The notes: generated by a model from the sequence alone, not told the origin. Shown: positions 48,698-58,708, numbered from the whole stretch's first letter. The stretch is DNA of 63,551 nucleotides, filler included, from 4 parts of 4 records of this genome joined end to end with filler, not necessarily neighbours in it, one strand, 5' to 3'. Program-made: numbers and translations.

Positions 48698-49994
48698 GTA
48701 GTTTACCCAGGGACCAGCGGGACTCGGCACCGGTTACATCGAAGCCGGCCGGGTCCAGGCCATCCGTGCCATCGGGTAAACACTCGCGCACGGTCAGCAG
48801 TTCCGACGCCGCCCGGGACTCATTGTGCCGGGCAAGATCAACAATCTTGACTGATTTCAGCGGGCGGTGCTCCGCATCCTGCATGACCATCACACTGGGC
48901 CACAAGCGTCTTCCCGGTGAGTGGGATACCACAATGCCACGCTGGCCATCAGAAAGCTCTACCAGAGTACCGGTTGGATACACGCCCACACCCTGGATAA
49001 AAGCCTCAACAAGATCTTCCTGAAATTCGATGTTGCGCATGTCGTATAGCAGCGATACCGCCTTCGCCGGTGTCATCGGGTCCCACCCCCCCCTGGGCGC
49101 AATCAAAGACTCAAAAAGCTCGGAAATACCTGCCACCTTTGCAAGCAACGGGATCCGATCACCCCTAACCCCACGGGGAAAACCGGAACCATTGTGGCGC
49201 TCGCGGTGACCCTGAACAACACTCATAACAGCTCTGGAAAGACCCGCACCTTCCAGCATCTGAAAGCCACGCTCCACATAGGTGCGATAGGTTGCATACT
49301 CTTCTGTGGATAACTGGTGCTCACGGGCCAGCATCTCTTTGGGCAGTGCGGTCTTCCCCACCTGGGACAAAAGACACCCCACCCCCAGATGATTCAGTAG
49401 TCCTTCGTTCAAACCCAACTGGCGACCGCACACAAGAGCCCACACCGCCGTATTCAGGGCATGCCGATACACAAAATCATCGTACTGGCGAGTACGGCTC
49501 AGCCACAAAAGCGCGTTCGGCTGGCGAATAACGCTTTCCACCATGCGGCGGGTAACCTCCGCAGCCGGCCGTAAATCCGGCACCTGGTCGTCACGAATTG
49601 TCTCGAACATCCGGCTTAGGGCCGATTCCGCATCATTAAGAAGCTTGCGCGATACTTTAAGTTCTTTTCGAAGAGGGACATCGTTCTTGTAGGCAACCGG
49701 TTCGCGAATACTCAGAGGTGCCAGCTGCAATTCCTCACGGCCACCGGAGCGGGCGTTGGCACGTCGAGCAAAGGGGCGAACCCTGTCTGACCCGAGGGTG
49801 ATTTCCTCGCGGGTTTCCGCGACGTCTACCATCACCCATTTACAGTGGGATACAACGGCTTTCAGATCGCTTTCAGAACGGAGGTAAAACCCCTGGATGG
49901 GGAACGGAGTTTGATGCCAGGGGCGATCAAGATCCGACACGAACATGCCGATTTCAAGATCATGTGCCGCAATTTTTTTCTGACGAACGCCCAC
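48687..49994 (-). CDS. DUF3391 + degenerate HD-GYP domain protein
   Basis: LEIGMFVSDLDRPW.QTPF..QGF (DUF3391-like); HD-GYP scaffold with LLSQVGK, HRERHNGSGFP; GTG start after GAGG. Confidence 0.85.
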   Translation of the reverse strand: MGVRQKKIAAHDLEIGMFVSDLDRPWHQTPFPIQGFYLRSESDLKAVVSHCKWVMVDVAETREEITLGSDRVRPFARRANARSGGREELQLAPLSIREPVAYKNDVPLRKELKVSRKLLNDAESALSRMFETIRDDQVPDLRPAAEVTRRMVESVIRQPNALLWLSRTRQYDDFVYRHALNTAVWALVCGRQLGLNEGLLNHLGVGCLLSQVGKTALPKEMLAREHQLSTEEYATYRTYVERGFQMLEGAGLSRAVMSVVQGHRERHNGSGFPRGVRGDRIPLLAKVAGISELFESLIAPRGGWDPMTPAKAVSLLYDMRNIEFQEDLVEAFIQGVGVYPTGTLVELSDGQRGIVVSHSPGRRLWPSVMVMQDAEHRPLKSVKIVDLARHNESRAASELLTVRECLPDGTDGLDPAGFDVTGAESRWSLGKLLNR

Positions 49995-50255
49995 TAGACA
50001 CCTCAGGAACAAGGATTCTTTGACGGTTCCCAGTTTGCCACGCTGGCGGCAAGACTCCATTACGATTTGGTAGCAAAGCGTCACCAAGCCGCAACAATTC
50101 GTAACTCGGCTTTGCATTCGGCAACGAAATGTATCAGCGTGACCAAACTCACAGAGAAAAGTAGACGGGCTTCAATCTTCCAGACACTGAGTCTCGTCAA
50201 CATCCGGCAGACGCGCATTCAAAGAGCCCCGGGGCACCTTCCTGGCATAAACCGT

Positions 50256-50355
50256 NNNNNNNNNNNNNNNNNNNNNNNNNNNNNNNNNNNNNNNNNNNNT
50301 TAATTAATTAANNNNNNNNNNNNNNNNNNNNNNNNNNNNNNNNNNNNNNNNNNNN
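50256..50355. other. Artificial contig-joining spacer
   Basis: N44-TTAATTAATTAA-N44. Confidence 0.98.
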
Positions 50356-50356
50356 G

Positions 50357-50407
50357 ATCTGGGACATGGAAGAAGAGATCATGGGCACCAAGGAGGACGC
50401 GGCATGA
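50357..50407 (+). CDS. C-terminal end of the upstream gene, probably the ABC ATP-binding subunit (TauB-like), truncated
   Basis: IWDMEEEIMGTKEDAA* with ATGA overlap into the permease. Confidence 0.55.
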   Translation: MWDMEEEIMGTKEDAA

Positions 50408-51678
50408 CCGGCATTTTCTTTCTGATCATTTATGTCGCGATCTTTGTCGGCAGCGCCTTTGTGGTGACCAAACTGCTGCAAAAAGGCATTCGCGATTACA
50501 CGTCTTTGAAAACTGTAACCTTCGGTGACGAAAGCGCGGTAAAACCGAACCGGGCGGCGGGGGTCATTTCGATCCTGACAATTTTCCTGATGTGGGGCGT
50601 CTTCACAGGGTCCAGCTTGCTGCCATCCTTTTTGCATGCGCCGGGTCCATTTGAAGGGACCACCAGCTTTACCTATACCGCGCAGGTCGAAGGGCAGGCG
50701 CCTGATGATGCGGAGGTGACAATTCTTGTGCATCCTCGCAATGCGCCCGCAGATGCCCCCGAAGTGGAACCGGGTGACGGTTTTGCCAAGAACGATTCCA
50801 TTGCGATCGCACAGTGGCGGACGGGTCTGGTGCGGGTCGACAAAAATGACGAGCTGACCAAGAAAGACGGTGCCAAGGTGATTGCCATCAACGGCCAGAA
50901 AATCGCGCCGGGCGAAACTGTCAAAACCGCGGATGGTGCTGTGACCTTGTCTGACAAAGGCACACCGAACTTTGAACCAACAAAAGGCTGGCAGATGGAG
51001 CCGCTTTACCTGCCGGCGCCTGAACAGGTTTGGACCCGTTCGATCCAGATCCTGCAAGAGGGCTTCCGCAATTTTACCCTGCTTGAGCATCTCGGCTTCT
51101 CGCTGTTCCGGGTTGTTGTTGGGTTTATCCTTGGTGCAATCGTGGGCATTCCGCTGGGCTATGCGATGGGGCTGAGCAATTGGTTCCGGGGTTGGTTTGA
51201 TCCGATCGTGGAATTTATGCGTCCGGTGCCTCCGCTTGCCCTGATCCCGCTTGTGATCATTTGGGCCGGTATCGGTGAGGCAGGCAAGATTATCCTGCTG
51301 TTCCTTGCGGCGCTTTGGATCATGGCGATTGCGGCGCGGTCCGGTGTTTCTGGTGTGAAAATCTCCAAGGTGCATGCGGCCTATTCACTGGGTGCCAGCA
51401 AATGGCAGATCATGCGTCACGTGATTGTGCCGAACTCGCTGCCAGAGATCTTTACCGGTGCGCGGGTTGCGATGGGGGTTTGTTGGGGCACGGTTGTGGC
51501 CGCCGAACTGGTCGCAGCGGAGCAAGGTGCGGGTATGATGATCATGACCGCGTCAAAGTTCCAGAATACAGACATCGTGATCATGGGGATCATACTGATT
51601 GGCGTTATTGGCTTTGGCATTGATATGCTGATGCGGGCCGCTGAGAAGTATCTGGTGCCGTGGAAAGGCAAGGGCTGA
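50404..51678 (+). CDS. Taurine/sulfonate-type ABC permease (TauC-like) with a large extracytoplasmic insertion
   Basis: EFMRPVPPLALIPL, AAYSLGAS, TVVAAELVAA; soluble region between TM2 and YLPAPEQV. Confidence 0.85.
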   Translation: MTGIFFLIIYVAIFVGSAFVVTKLLQKGIRDYTSLKTVTFGDESAVKPNRAAGVISILTIFLMWGVFTGSSLLPSFLHAPGPFEGTTSFTYTAQVEGQAPDDAEVTILVHPRNAPADAPEVEPGDGFAKNDSIAIAQWRTGLVRVDKNDELTKKDGAKVIAINGQKIAPGETVKTADGAVTLSDKGTPNFEPTKGWQMEPLYLPAPEQVWTRSIQILQEGFRNFTLLEHLGFSLFRVVVGFILGAIVGIPLGYAMGLSNWFRGWFDPIVEFMRPVPPLALIPLVIIWAGIGEAGKIILLFLAALWIMAIAARSGVSGVKISKVHAAYSLGASKWQIMRHVIVPNSLPEIFTGARVAMGVCWGTVVAAELVAAEQGAGMMIMTASKFQNTDIVIMGIILIGVIGFGIDMLMRAAEKYLVPWKGKG

Positions 51679-51728
51679 CCCGAGCCCGCGAAATACACCG
51701 GAGTTTTTGAAAGCTCCGGTGACAGAAC

Positions 51729-51765
51729 AAAAAAAGCGCCGGAGGATATCCTCCGGCGCCTTTTA
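51729..51765. terminator. Bidirectional terminator between the permease and helicase genes
   Basis: gcgccggagga/tcctccggcgc stem flanked by A- and T-runs; a second hairpin lies at about 51696-51721. Confidence 0.82.
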
Positions 51766-51852
51766 TTTGATGTGTGCTTTCTTAATGCAGGCGCGTCTTA
51801 CTTAAGGAAAACAGTGCGGATTTTTGAAAAGCCCGCCGCCGGATGGAGCCCC

Positions 51853-53910
51853 TTATTTCCCGCGCTTTGGTCCGGCCTTGCCGCCCTGCTTGCCAACCCT
51901 GTTGGGCGGGGAGAAACGCTTGGACGGATCGCTTGCGCGTTTGTAGCTGTTTGGCTCCGCCGCTGCTTTCTTGGGTGCGCCCTTGGGTTTGCGCGGCGCG
52001 TCGGATGCTGGCTTCTCTTTCTTCCAAACGGCCTTGGCCTTGGGCTTGCCGGGGGCCTCGCCGTTTGATTTGGGCTTTGGCTTTGCGCCGGGCTTCATCG
52101 GGCTGCGGTCGGTCTTGTGAGACTTCGGCGGGCGTTCGCCTTTTGGGCCGCGCGGCTTTTCGAAACGTGGCTTTTCACTGCGTTCAGCGCGAACCTCGGC
52201 AACCGGATCTTCGCGGTAGGGCTTGCGCGGTTTGCGTGGCTCGGACGGCGCGTCGGAATCGTAGGATTTGCGATGAGGTTTGCCGCTCGGTTTGGGGCCG
52301 CGTTTCGGGCCTCCGGGCTTTGGGCCGCGCGGCAGGTCCGGAGGGCTGTCAAGCTGGGTGACAACAGCGCCGCCTTCAGCTTTCATGTCCGGCCCCAAGG
52401 CATTGACAAACTTGGTCGCGGAGGATGCCAGAATTTCAACAAAGCTGTGGCTTGGCTGCACGCGGATCGCGCCGATGTCGTCTTTGGTCAGATCTCCCAG
52501 GCGGCACAGCATTGGCAGCAGGGTCCGCGGCTCTGCGCCATCATTGCGGCCCGCGGAGACCGAGAACCACACAGACGGCCCAAAGGCAGGGCGCGGTTTG
52601 TCGTCGCCGCGTGCGCCCGGATCGGTCAGATCTTCGGGGGCGGAGGCACGTGCGCGATAAAGGTTCACAAATGCAGTCGCCAATTGCTCGGCGCTGAATT
52701 GTTCCACCAGATTGGCCACAAAGGCTTCGGCGTCTTCGGGGATCGGGGCAGACCATGCATCATCGCTCAGCAGTCGTGCTTCGTCCGCGGCGTTCACCTC
52801 AGCGGCGGTTGGCGCTGCGGCCCATTCCGCCTTGAGCTTGGCCCACCCGAGGAGGCGATTGGCCTTGGTCTTCATCTTGGGTGGTACGATCAAGGCCGAT
52901 ACGCCCTTGCGCCCCGCACGGCCGGTCCGGCCAGAGCGGTGCAGAAGGGTGTCCGAGTTGGACGGCAGATCGGCGTGGATCACCAATTCCAGATTGGGCA
53001 GGTCGATGCCGCGTGCTGCCACGTCGGTTGCGATACAGACCCGCGCCCGGCCATCGCGCAGGGCTTGCAGGGCATTGGTGCGTTCCGACTGCGTCAGTTC
53101 CCCCGACAGGGCAACAACGGAAAAGCCGCGGTTGGTAAATTTTGCGGTCAACCGCGCCACGGCGGCGCGGGTGTTGCAGAACACGATGGCATTCTTGGCC
53201 TCATAGAACCGCAGCACGTTGATGATTGCGTTTTCGGTGTCACGCGGGTGCACGTTCAGGGCGCGGTATTCGATGTCCGCGTGTTGCTTGGCCTCGCCAA
53301 CGGTGCTGATGCGCTGTGCGTCACGTTGGTAGGACTGCGCCAGCTTGGCAATCGCGGCCGGCACTGTGGCGGAAAACAGCAGTGTGCGGCGGTCTTCGGG
53401 TGCTTCGGACAGGATGAACTCAAGCTCGTCGCGAAAGCCTAGGTCCAGCATTTCGTCGGCCTCATCCAGCACAACGGCGCGCAGATCGCCCAGGTCGATG
53501 TTGCCGCGTTTGATGTGATCACACAGACGCCCCGGTGTGGCGACCACAACATGTGCGCCCCGGTCCAATGCGCGGCGTTCGGTGCGCTGGTCCATACCGC
53601 CAACGCAGGTGGTGACAATCGCACCCGCCTTGCCATAGAGCCAGCTCAGCTCGCGGCTGACCTGCATGGCCAATTCGCGGGTGGGCGCGATCACCAGTGC
53701 CAGCGGCGCGGCGGCCGGACCGAAATGTTCGGCCTCTTCCAGAAGGGTCGGCGCGATGGCCAGACCAAAGCCGACAGTCTTGCCAGAGCCGGTCTGTGCC
53801 GAGACCAAAAGGTCGGCCTGCGCAAGCGCGGGGTCGGTCACGGCCTGCTGAACGGCGGTAAGAGTTTCATAGCCCTGTTGGGCTAGCGCATCTGCGATGG
53901 TCTGGATCAA
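51853..53910 (-). CDS. DEAD-box RNA helicase with DbpA-type RNA-binding domain and basic tail (DeaD/CsdA-like)
   Basis: AQTGSGKT, PTRELA, DEAD, SAT, ARGID, HRSGRTGRAG; likely TTG start at 53910. Confidence 0.95.
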   Translation of the reverse strand: MIQTIADALAQQGYETLTAVQQAVTDPALAQADLLVSAQTGSGKTVGFGLAIAPTLLEEAEHFGPAAAPLALVIAPTRELAMQVSRELSWLYGKAGAIVTTCVGGMDQRTERRALDRGAHVVVATPGRLCDHIKRGNIDLGDLRAVVLDEADEMLDLGFRDELEFILSEAPEDRRTLLFSATVPAAIAKLAQSYQRDAQRISTVGEAKQHADIEYRALNVHPRDTENAIINVLRFYEAKNAIVFCNTRAAVARLTAKFTNRGFSVVALSGELTQSERTNALQALRDGRARVCIATDVAARGIDLPNLELVIHADLPSNSDTLLHRSGRTGRAGRKGVSALIVPPKMKTKANRLLGWAKLKAEWAAAPTAAEVNAADEARLLSDDAWSAPIPEDAEAFVANLVEQFSAEQLATAFVNLYRARASAPEDLTDPGARGDDKPRPAFGPSVWFSVSAGRNDGAEPRTLLPMLCRLGDLTKDDIGAIRVQPSHSFVEILASSATKFVNALGPDMKAEGGAVVTQLDSPPDLPRGPKPGGPKRGPKPSGKPHRKSYDSDAPSEPRKPRKPYREDPVAEVRAERSEKPRFEKPRGPKGERPPKSHKTDRSPMKPGAKPKPKSNGEAPGKPKAKAVWKKEKPASDAPRKPKGAPKKAAAEPNSYKRASDPSKRFSPPNRVGKQGGKAGPKRGK

Positions 53911-54125
53911 GGGATCATCCTGTTCTGAAGCATAGCCTGCAGTGCAGGCGGCCAGAGGCAGAGAGCCTCGGCGCAAGGTTTGGGCGTCGGTAAGGGTTTG
54001 CAGGGCGATTGTACATGGTGTTTATGTTTCGTGGGGTAAATGTGACCGTTGTTTTGTGGATTTTGAGAACTGTTTTGGGTATTTTGCCGTGATTTTATCT
54101 CGCAGACCTGTGCGAAAGGTTTTTT

Positions 54126-54668
54126 ATGTCTGATGATTTTAACGCGGCGCGGGGTGATTCCGTGCCAAATGGCGGCGGGATGCTGCGTTCGGGCGGCAAG
54201 CACCCTGATGTTTTGACCGTTGAGGATGTGATCACCTTCAAGCTGCGGCGACTGGTGTTGATTGGCGAACGCGAAGGCCATCTTTGGTCCGAGGATATGT
54301 TTGATCTCAGTCTGAACGAATGGCGGATTTTGGCGTTGATCAAGGGGCGGATGCCGGCGCGGGCGGGCGATATTGCCGATTTTATCCTGATGGACAAAAG
54401 CCAGGCCAGCCGTCTGATCAAATCCCTGCAATCCAAAGGGCTGGTTGTCACCGGCGAAGACCCCGATGATGGCCGTGCGCTGATGCTGGAGCTGACGGCG
54501 GAGGGCGACAAGGTATACAACAGCATGATGGCTGAGGTGCTGCGCAGCAACGAAGTTGTGCTTGCGCCGCTGTCCGCCGAAGAGATCGTATTGTTCAGCG
54601 ATATGCTGCAACGGTTGATTGATCACAGTTATGATCATCTCGAAGGGCAGATCCGCCGGGGGAACTGA
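54126..54668 (+). CDS. MarR-family transcriptional regulator
   Basis: EWRILA, DKSQASRLIKSL, DPDDGR..LELT..G; start may be 54180. Confidence 0.9.
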   Translation: MSDDFNAARGDSVPNGGGMLRSGGKHPDVLTVEDVITFKLRRLVLIGEREGHLWSEDMFDLSLNEWRILALIKGRMPARAGDIADFILMDKSQASRLIKSLQSKGLVVTGEDPDDGRALMLELTAEGDKVYNSMMAEVLRSNEVVLAPLSAEEIVLFSDMLQRLIDHSYDHLEGQIRRGN

Positions 54669-54798
54669 CGCGCCGGATGCTGGTGTTCTTTTTGGGGCAG
54701 GTGGCGGCGCTGCAATATTTCACTTTGACTGCGCAGGTTTAGCGGAAAATGGGCGGAAAACGGCTTGGCCCTCTCGCCAAATGCTGTCTTTTCAATTA

Positions 54799-54813
54799 GA
54801 ACAAATAGTGAAC
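54799..54813 (+). promoter_or_regulatory. Alphaproteobacterial LexA (SOS) box
   Basis: GAAC-N7-GAAC (gaacaaatagtgaac) just upstream of the imuA RBS GGAGG. Confidence 0.9.
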
Positions 54814-54827
54814 ATATGGAGGAATGT

Positions 54828-55559
54828 ATGCTGCCCGATTCTCCTTTTGGACAGGTGATTTCCCTGTCTCACAAACATTTGGTTCAGGATGTCCCGCGCC
54901 CCGGCGATGCCGCCGCGCCGGGCGCTGCGGTGTTGCGCGATGTGCTGGCGGGTGGCCCGTTCGATGCGGCGGCGGCGGGGTTTGTACTGGCCGCTTTGCC
55001 CGACAGTGCCGCGCCGGTGCTGTGGGTCAGCGACCGCATGTCGCGGCGCGAAAACGGGCGGCTTTATGGGCCGGCGCTGGCGCAGTTTGGCCTCAAGGGG
55101 CCGATCCTGCGGGTCGAGGTCAGCCATCCGCGCGATGTGCTTTGGGCGATGGAAGAGGGCGCAGGCTGTGCCGGATTGGCGGCGGTGGTCGGCGAAATTC
55201 ATGGCGCCCCCGAGGTGCTGAGCTTTACCGCGACCAAGCGGTTGGCGCTCAGGGCCGAGGCGGCGCAATTGCCGGTCTGGCTGATCCGGTCTGCCGATCA
55301 TGGGGCGCTGTCAGCAGCCCGCGAACGCTGGCGGTTGTCGTCCCTGCCGTCGCAGATGCACCCGGACAATCCACAAGCGCCGGGTCAACCGCAATGGGAG
55401 GCCGAGCTGTTTCGCGCCCGTGGTCGTGCGCCGGGGGTCTGGAGCGCGGGCTATGACCGCAGCGCCCGCACAGCCGCGGATCGTCTCCGTCTGGTTTCCC
55501 GATCTGGCGATGGACCGCTGGCGGAGGATCACCGCGCAGCAGCGGACGCTGCCGGATGA
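54828..55559 (+). CDS. imuA: ImuA SOS mutagenesis protein
   Basis: DVLWAMEEG, FTATKRL.LRAE, SAARERW, W..ELFRAR; LexA box; upstream of imuB. Confidence 0.88.
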   Translation: MLPDSPFGQVISLSHKHLVQDVPRPGDAAAPGAAVLRDVLAGGPFDAAAAGFVLAALPDSAAPVLWVSDRMSRRENGRLYGPALAQFGLKGPILRVEVSHPRDVLWAMEEGAGCAGLAAVVGEIHGAPEVLSFTATKRLALRAEAAQLPVWLIRSADHGALSAARERWRLSSLPSQMHPDNPQAPGQPQWEAELFRARGRAPGVWSAGYDRSARTAADRLRLVSRSGDGPLAEDHRAAADAAG

Positions 55560-56997
55560 AACCGTGCCCGTGGTGCTGGCGCAGGCGGGCCGTCATGGGC
55601 CGGTGGTCTATGCGGTGAGTGCGGCGGCGCAGGCGCGAGGAATATCGGAAGGCGCACGGATCGTTGATGTGCAGGCGATCCACCCTGATCTGCATGTGGA
55701 ACAGGCCGATGCACCGGGGGATCGCAAGTTGTTGGACAGGGTTGCCCATTGGGCGCGGCGCTGGTGCCCGTGGACGGTGCGCGATGGCGTGGATGGTATC
55801 GTGATGGATGTGACCGGCGCGGATCATTTGTTTGGCGGAGAGACCGCGATGCTGCGTGATATAGGCAGCCGATTTCAGATGCAGGGGCTGACCGCGCGGT
55901 TGGCGATGGCGCCCACGCGCGGAGCGGCGCAGATGTTGGCGCGGTTTGGCGCGGGGCGGGTGATCTGTGACACCGAGGATCTTGAGATGTGCCTTGCGCC
56001 GTTGCCGGTGGCGGCGCTGCGAATCGGGGCGGATACAGATCGGCTGCTACAGCGGCTGGGCCTCAAGACGCTGGGCGCTTTGATGCAGGTGCCGCGTGTG
56101 GCGTTGATGCGGCGCTTTGACCGGTTGGCCGAAGAGATCAATCCGCTGGTGTTGCTGGACCGCGCCCTTGGCCGGACGGCGGATCCGCTGAATGCGCCTG
56201 CGGATGCGCGGCATTGGCTGGCGCGGGTGCGCTTGCCCGAACCGGTGATTGATCCGTTGCCGCATCTTGAGGCGCTGGCGCAGGATTTATGCGTGCAACT
56301 GGCCGAGGCGGAGCAGGGCGCACGGCAGCTGCGCCTGACGATCTACCGCGTGGATGGCGAATGGCGCAGCCGCGATGTGGCCACGGCCAGTGCCAGCCGT
56401 GATCCGGCGCATCTGTTGCGGTTGTTGGCGGGCAAGCTGGACGGGATCGACCCCGGTTTTGGCTTTGATCTGCTGACGCTTGAGGCATTGCGGGTTGAGC
56501 CGTTGGCGTTGCAGCAGGACCATCTGGAGGGCCGCCGCGATGCGCAGCGGGATGTTGCGGCGTTGCTGGACCGGCTGACCGCCCGTTTGGGGCCGGACAA
56601 GATCACCTGGTCCGCCTGGGTGCAAAGCCATCTGCCCGAACGGGTGGAACATGCCCTGCCTGCGCTGGGACATGTGGCGGGGCAAGCGCCGGTGTTGGAT
56701 CGGGCGCGGCCCTTGCGCCTTCTTGATCCACCCGAAGAGATTGCGGTGCTGTACGCCGTGCCCGAAGGCCCGCCCGCGCGGTTTCGCTGGCGGCGGGTGG
56801 CCTATCTGACGCGCCGCCACGAGGGGCCGGAACGGATCGCCCCTGAGTGGTGGCGCGACCGCCCCGGCACGCGGTTGCGGGATTATTACAAGGTCGAGGT
56901 TGGCGACGGACGGCGGTTCTGGATCTACCGCGAGGGGATCCTGGGCGACGGGCGCGGCGGCGATCCGCGCTGGTTCATGCAGGGGATCTTTGCGTGA
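55453..56997 (+). CDS. imuB: ImuB, inactive Y-family polymerase
   Basis: PLPVAALR, DPGFGFD, RPLRLL.PPE, GPERIAPEWW, RDYY.VE...G.RFW. Confidence 0.92.
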   Translation: MTAAPAQPRIVSVWFPDLAMDRWRRITAQQRTLPDETVPVVLAQAGRHGPVVYAVSAAAQARGISEGARIVDVQAIHPDLHVEQADAPGDRKLLDRVAHWARRWCPWTVRDGVDGIVMDVTGADHLFGGETAMLRDIGSRFQMQGLTARLAMAPTRGAAQMLARFGAGRVICDTEDLEMCLAPLPVAALRIGADTDRLLQRLGLKTLGALMQVPRVALMRRFDRLAEEINPLVLLDRALGRTADPLNAPADARHWLARVRLPEPVIDPLPHLEALAQDLCVQLAEAEQGARQLRLTIYRVDGEWRSRDVATASASRDPAHLLRLLAGKLDGIDPGFGFDLLTLEALRVEPLALQQDHLEGRRDAQRDVAALLDRLTARLGPDKITWSAWVQSHLPERVEHALPALGHVAGQAPVLDRARPLRLLDPPEEIAVLYAVPEGPPARFRWRRVAYLTRRHEGPERIAPEWWRDRPGTRLRDYYKVEVGDGRRFWIYREGILGDGRGGDPRWFMQGIFA

Positions 56998-57085
56998 TGA
57001 AAGGACCGGCCTGCGCCCCACCAGAATGTCCGATCGGCACGGAATCAAGGCTGCTTTGCAGCCGCCGTGCCATCGCCTGCCCGCC

Positions 57086-57185
57086 NNNNNNNNNNNNNNN
57101 NNNNNNNNNNNNNNNNNNNNNNNNNNNNNTTAATTAATTAANNNNNNNNNNNNNNNNNNNNNNNNNNNNNNNNNNNNNNNNNNNN
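57086..57185. other. Artificial contig-joining spacer
   Basis: N44-TTAATTAATTAA-N44. Confidence 0.98.
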
Positions 57186-57371
57186 CAGCATGAACATGTC
57201 CTCATAGAGCAGGGACGTCACCAGATGCGGATCGGTCTGCTTGTAGTCGAGCGGCATCCAGTAGTGGCCGTCTTCCAGCCACAACGACAGCCATTCACTG
57301 TAGCGGCCCTCGTCCAGCATTCTTGCTTCGTCATAAATGAAGTCGATGACCTCTTCCCTGGAAACCGCCAT
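57186..57371 (-). CDS. Ring-hydroxylating oxygenase beta subunit (3' truncated)
   Basis: FIYDEARMLDEGRYSEWLSLW..DG.YWMP; TGATG overlap with the alpha subunit gene. Confidence 0.9.
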
Positions 57372-58681
57372 CACGCATTCTCCATCGTAGCTGTCATGAA
57401 TTTCACCCAGGCATCGAACTGGTTGCGCATCTGCCGTTCCGTGGTGCCGTTTTCCACGGCCTCCTCGCCAAAGTCTTCCTCTGCGGTTCTGAGACGCTGA
57501 ACGTTGACCCATTCCATGCCGTTGGACATGAGTCCTTCCTGCGCGCGCTCGTACATTTCCAGATCGTCGTGACCGACCATCGATGTCGGAGCGTTGATCA
57601 TCCGGTTGTACATGGCGGTGCGGGCGAGGAGTTCGTCCGGTGCCCCGACCAGACGGTAGATATAGCTTTCGACCAGGGTCTTGTCGGGACCGAGCGGAAT
57701 GAAATTGCGCAGCTGCTGGATCGGGCCCTTGATCATGATGTTCGGGAAATAGACCGTGTTGTGCCGGTTCTCGCCGAGAATTTCCTTGGCGTGCTCTTCG
57801 CCATAGGTCTCGCTCAAAGCTTCGAAATAGCCGGGTATGGCGGAATAGTCGGAATGGATCGAATGATGCACACCCGTGTGCCCGTGCCCGTTCGGCCAGG
57901 TCCGGATGCCCATGTTCTCGAAGAACTCGTAGGGCGACATGAAGGGCGCGATGATCTCCATCGCGGGCGGACGCGGTTCCGGGTTGCCCATCTCCTTCCA
58001 GATGTTCACTGCCGTTCCGGCGGAGCTTTCGTGGGCGACCATCGGGTGGCAGGTATCGGTCTGGTTTTCGACCAGCATCTTCCAATTGCACTTGTGCATG
58101 TAGCGCAGCGGCGGACCGGCGATCTCAAGCCGTCCTTCCGGCGAGCGGTCGACCATGTTGTCGATGGAACTCAGGCTGTCGCCGAAATAATCCTCGAAGC
58201 TGATGCCCTCGGCAGCCAGGCGGGCAAAGACGAAACCGCGATAGTTCCGCACCGCTCCGACAGCCGTCATGCCCTTGGCATTCTCGGTGTTTTCGAAGCC
58301 GGTGTTCTCGTACCCCTTCTTCAGCGGGATCGCGAGCAGGCAGCCGTCCGTCTTGAACGACCAGGCGTGATAGGGGCACCGGAAGAACTTGCCCGTGTTG
58401 CCTTCCCGGTCGATCGCGATCTTGGTGCCCTTGTGCGGGCAGCGATTGTAAAGAACGTGAATTTCGCCATCGGAGTGACGCACCTGGATGACAGGCTGGT
58501 CGCCGATCTGCGTGGTGAAATAGTCACCCTTGTTCGGGGTCTGGCTGTCATGGCCGACAAACACCCAGGTGTTTGCGAACAGATGCTGCATTTCCAGCTT
58601 GTAGATTTCCGGGCTCGTGTAGACGTCCCGATGCACCTGCGGCCCCGTGAACAGAGCGGCGATTTGGCTGGCCGTTTGCAT
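57371..58681 (-). CDS. Rieske ring-hydroxylating oxygenase alpha subunit
   Basis: CPH...CPYH Rieske ligands; ENQTDTCH....H and HDD mononuclear-iron motif. Confidence 0.95.
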   Translation of the reverse strand: MQTASQIAALFTGPQVHRDVYTSPEIYKLEMQHLFANTWVFVGHDSQTPNKGDYFTTQIGDQPVIQVRHSDGEIHVLYNRCPHKGTKIAIDREGNTGKFFRCPYHAWSFKTDGCLLAIPLKKGYENTGFENTENAKGMTAVGAVRNYRGFVFARLAAEGISFEDYFGDSLSSIDNMVDRSPEGRLEIAGPPLRYMHKCNWKMLVENQTDTCHPMVAHESSAGTAVNIWKEMGNPEPRPPAMEIIAPFMSPYEFFENMGIRTWPNGHGHTGVHHSIHSDYSAIPGYFEALSETYGEEHAKEILGENRHNTVYFPNIMIKGPIQQLRNFIPLGPDKTLVESYIYRLVGAPDELLARTAMYNRMINAPTSMVGHDDLEMYERAQEGLMSNGMEWVNVQRLRTAEEDFGEEAVENGTTERQMRNQFDAWVKFMTATMENA

Positions 58682-58708
58682 GCTGGCTCCTCCCTGGAAT
58701 GCGAAACC

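Noticed and set aside
56997-57085. Possible dnaE2 5' end
   Set aside because: Too short, and no PHP-domain motif is visible before the contig ends
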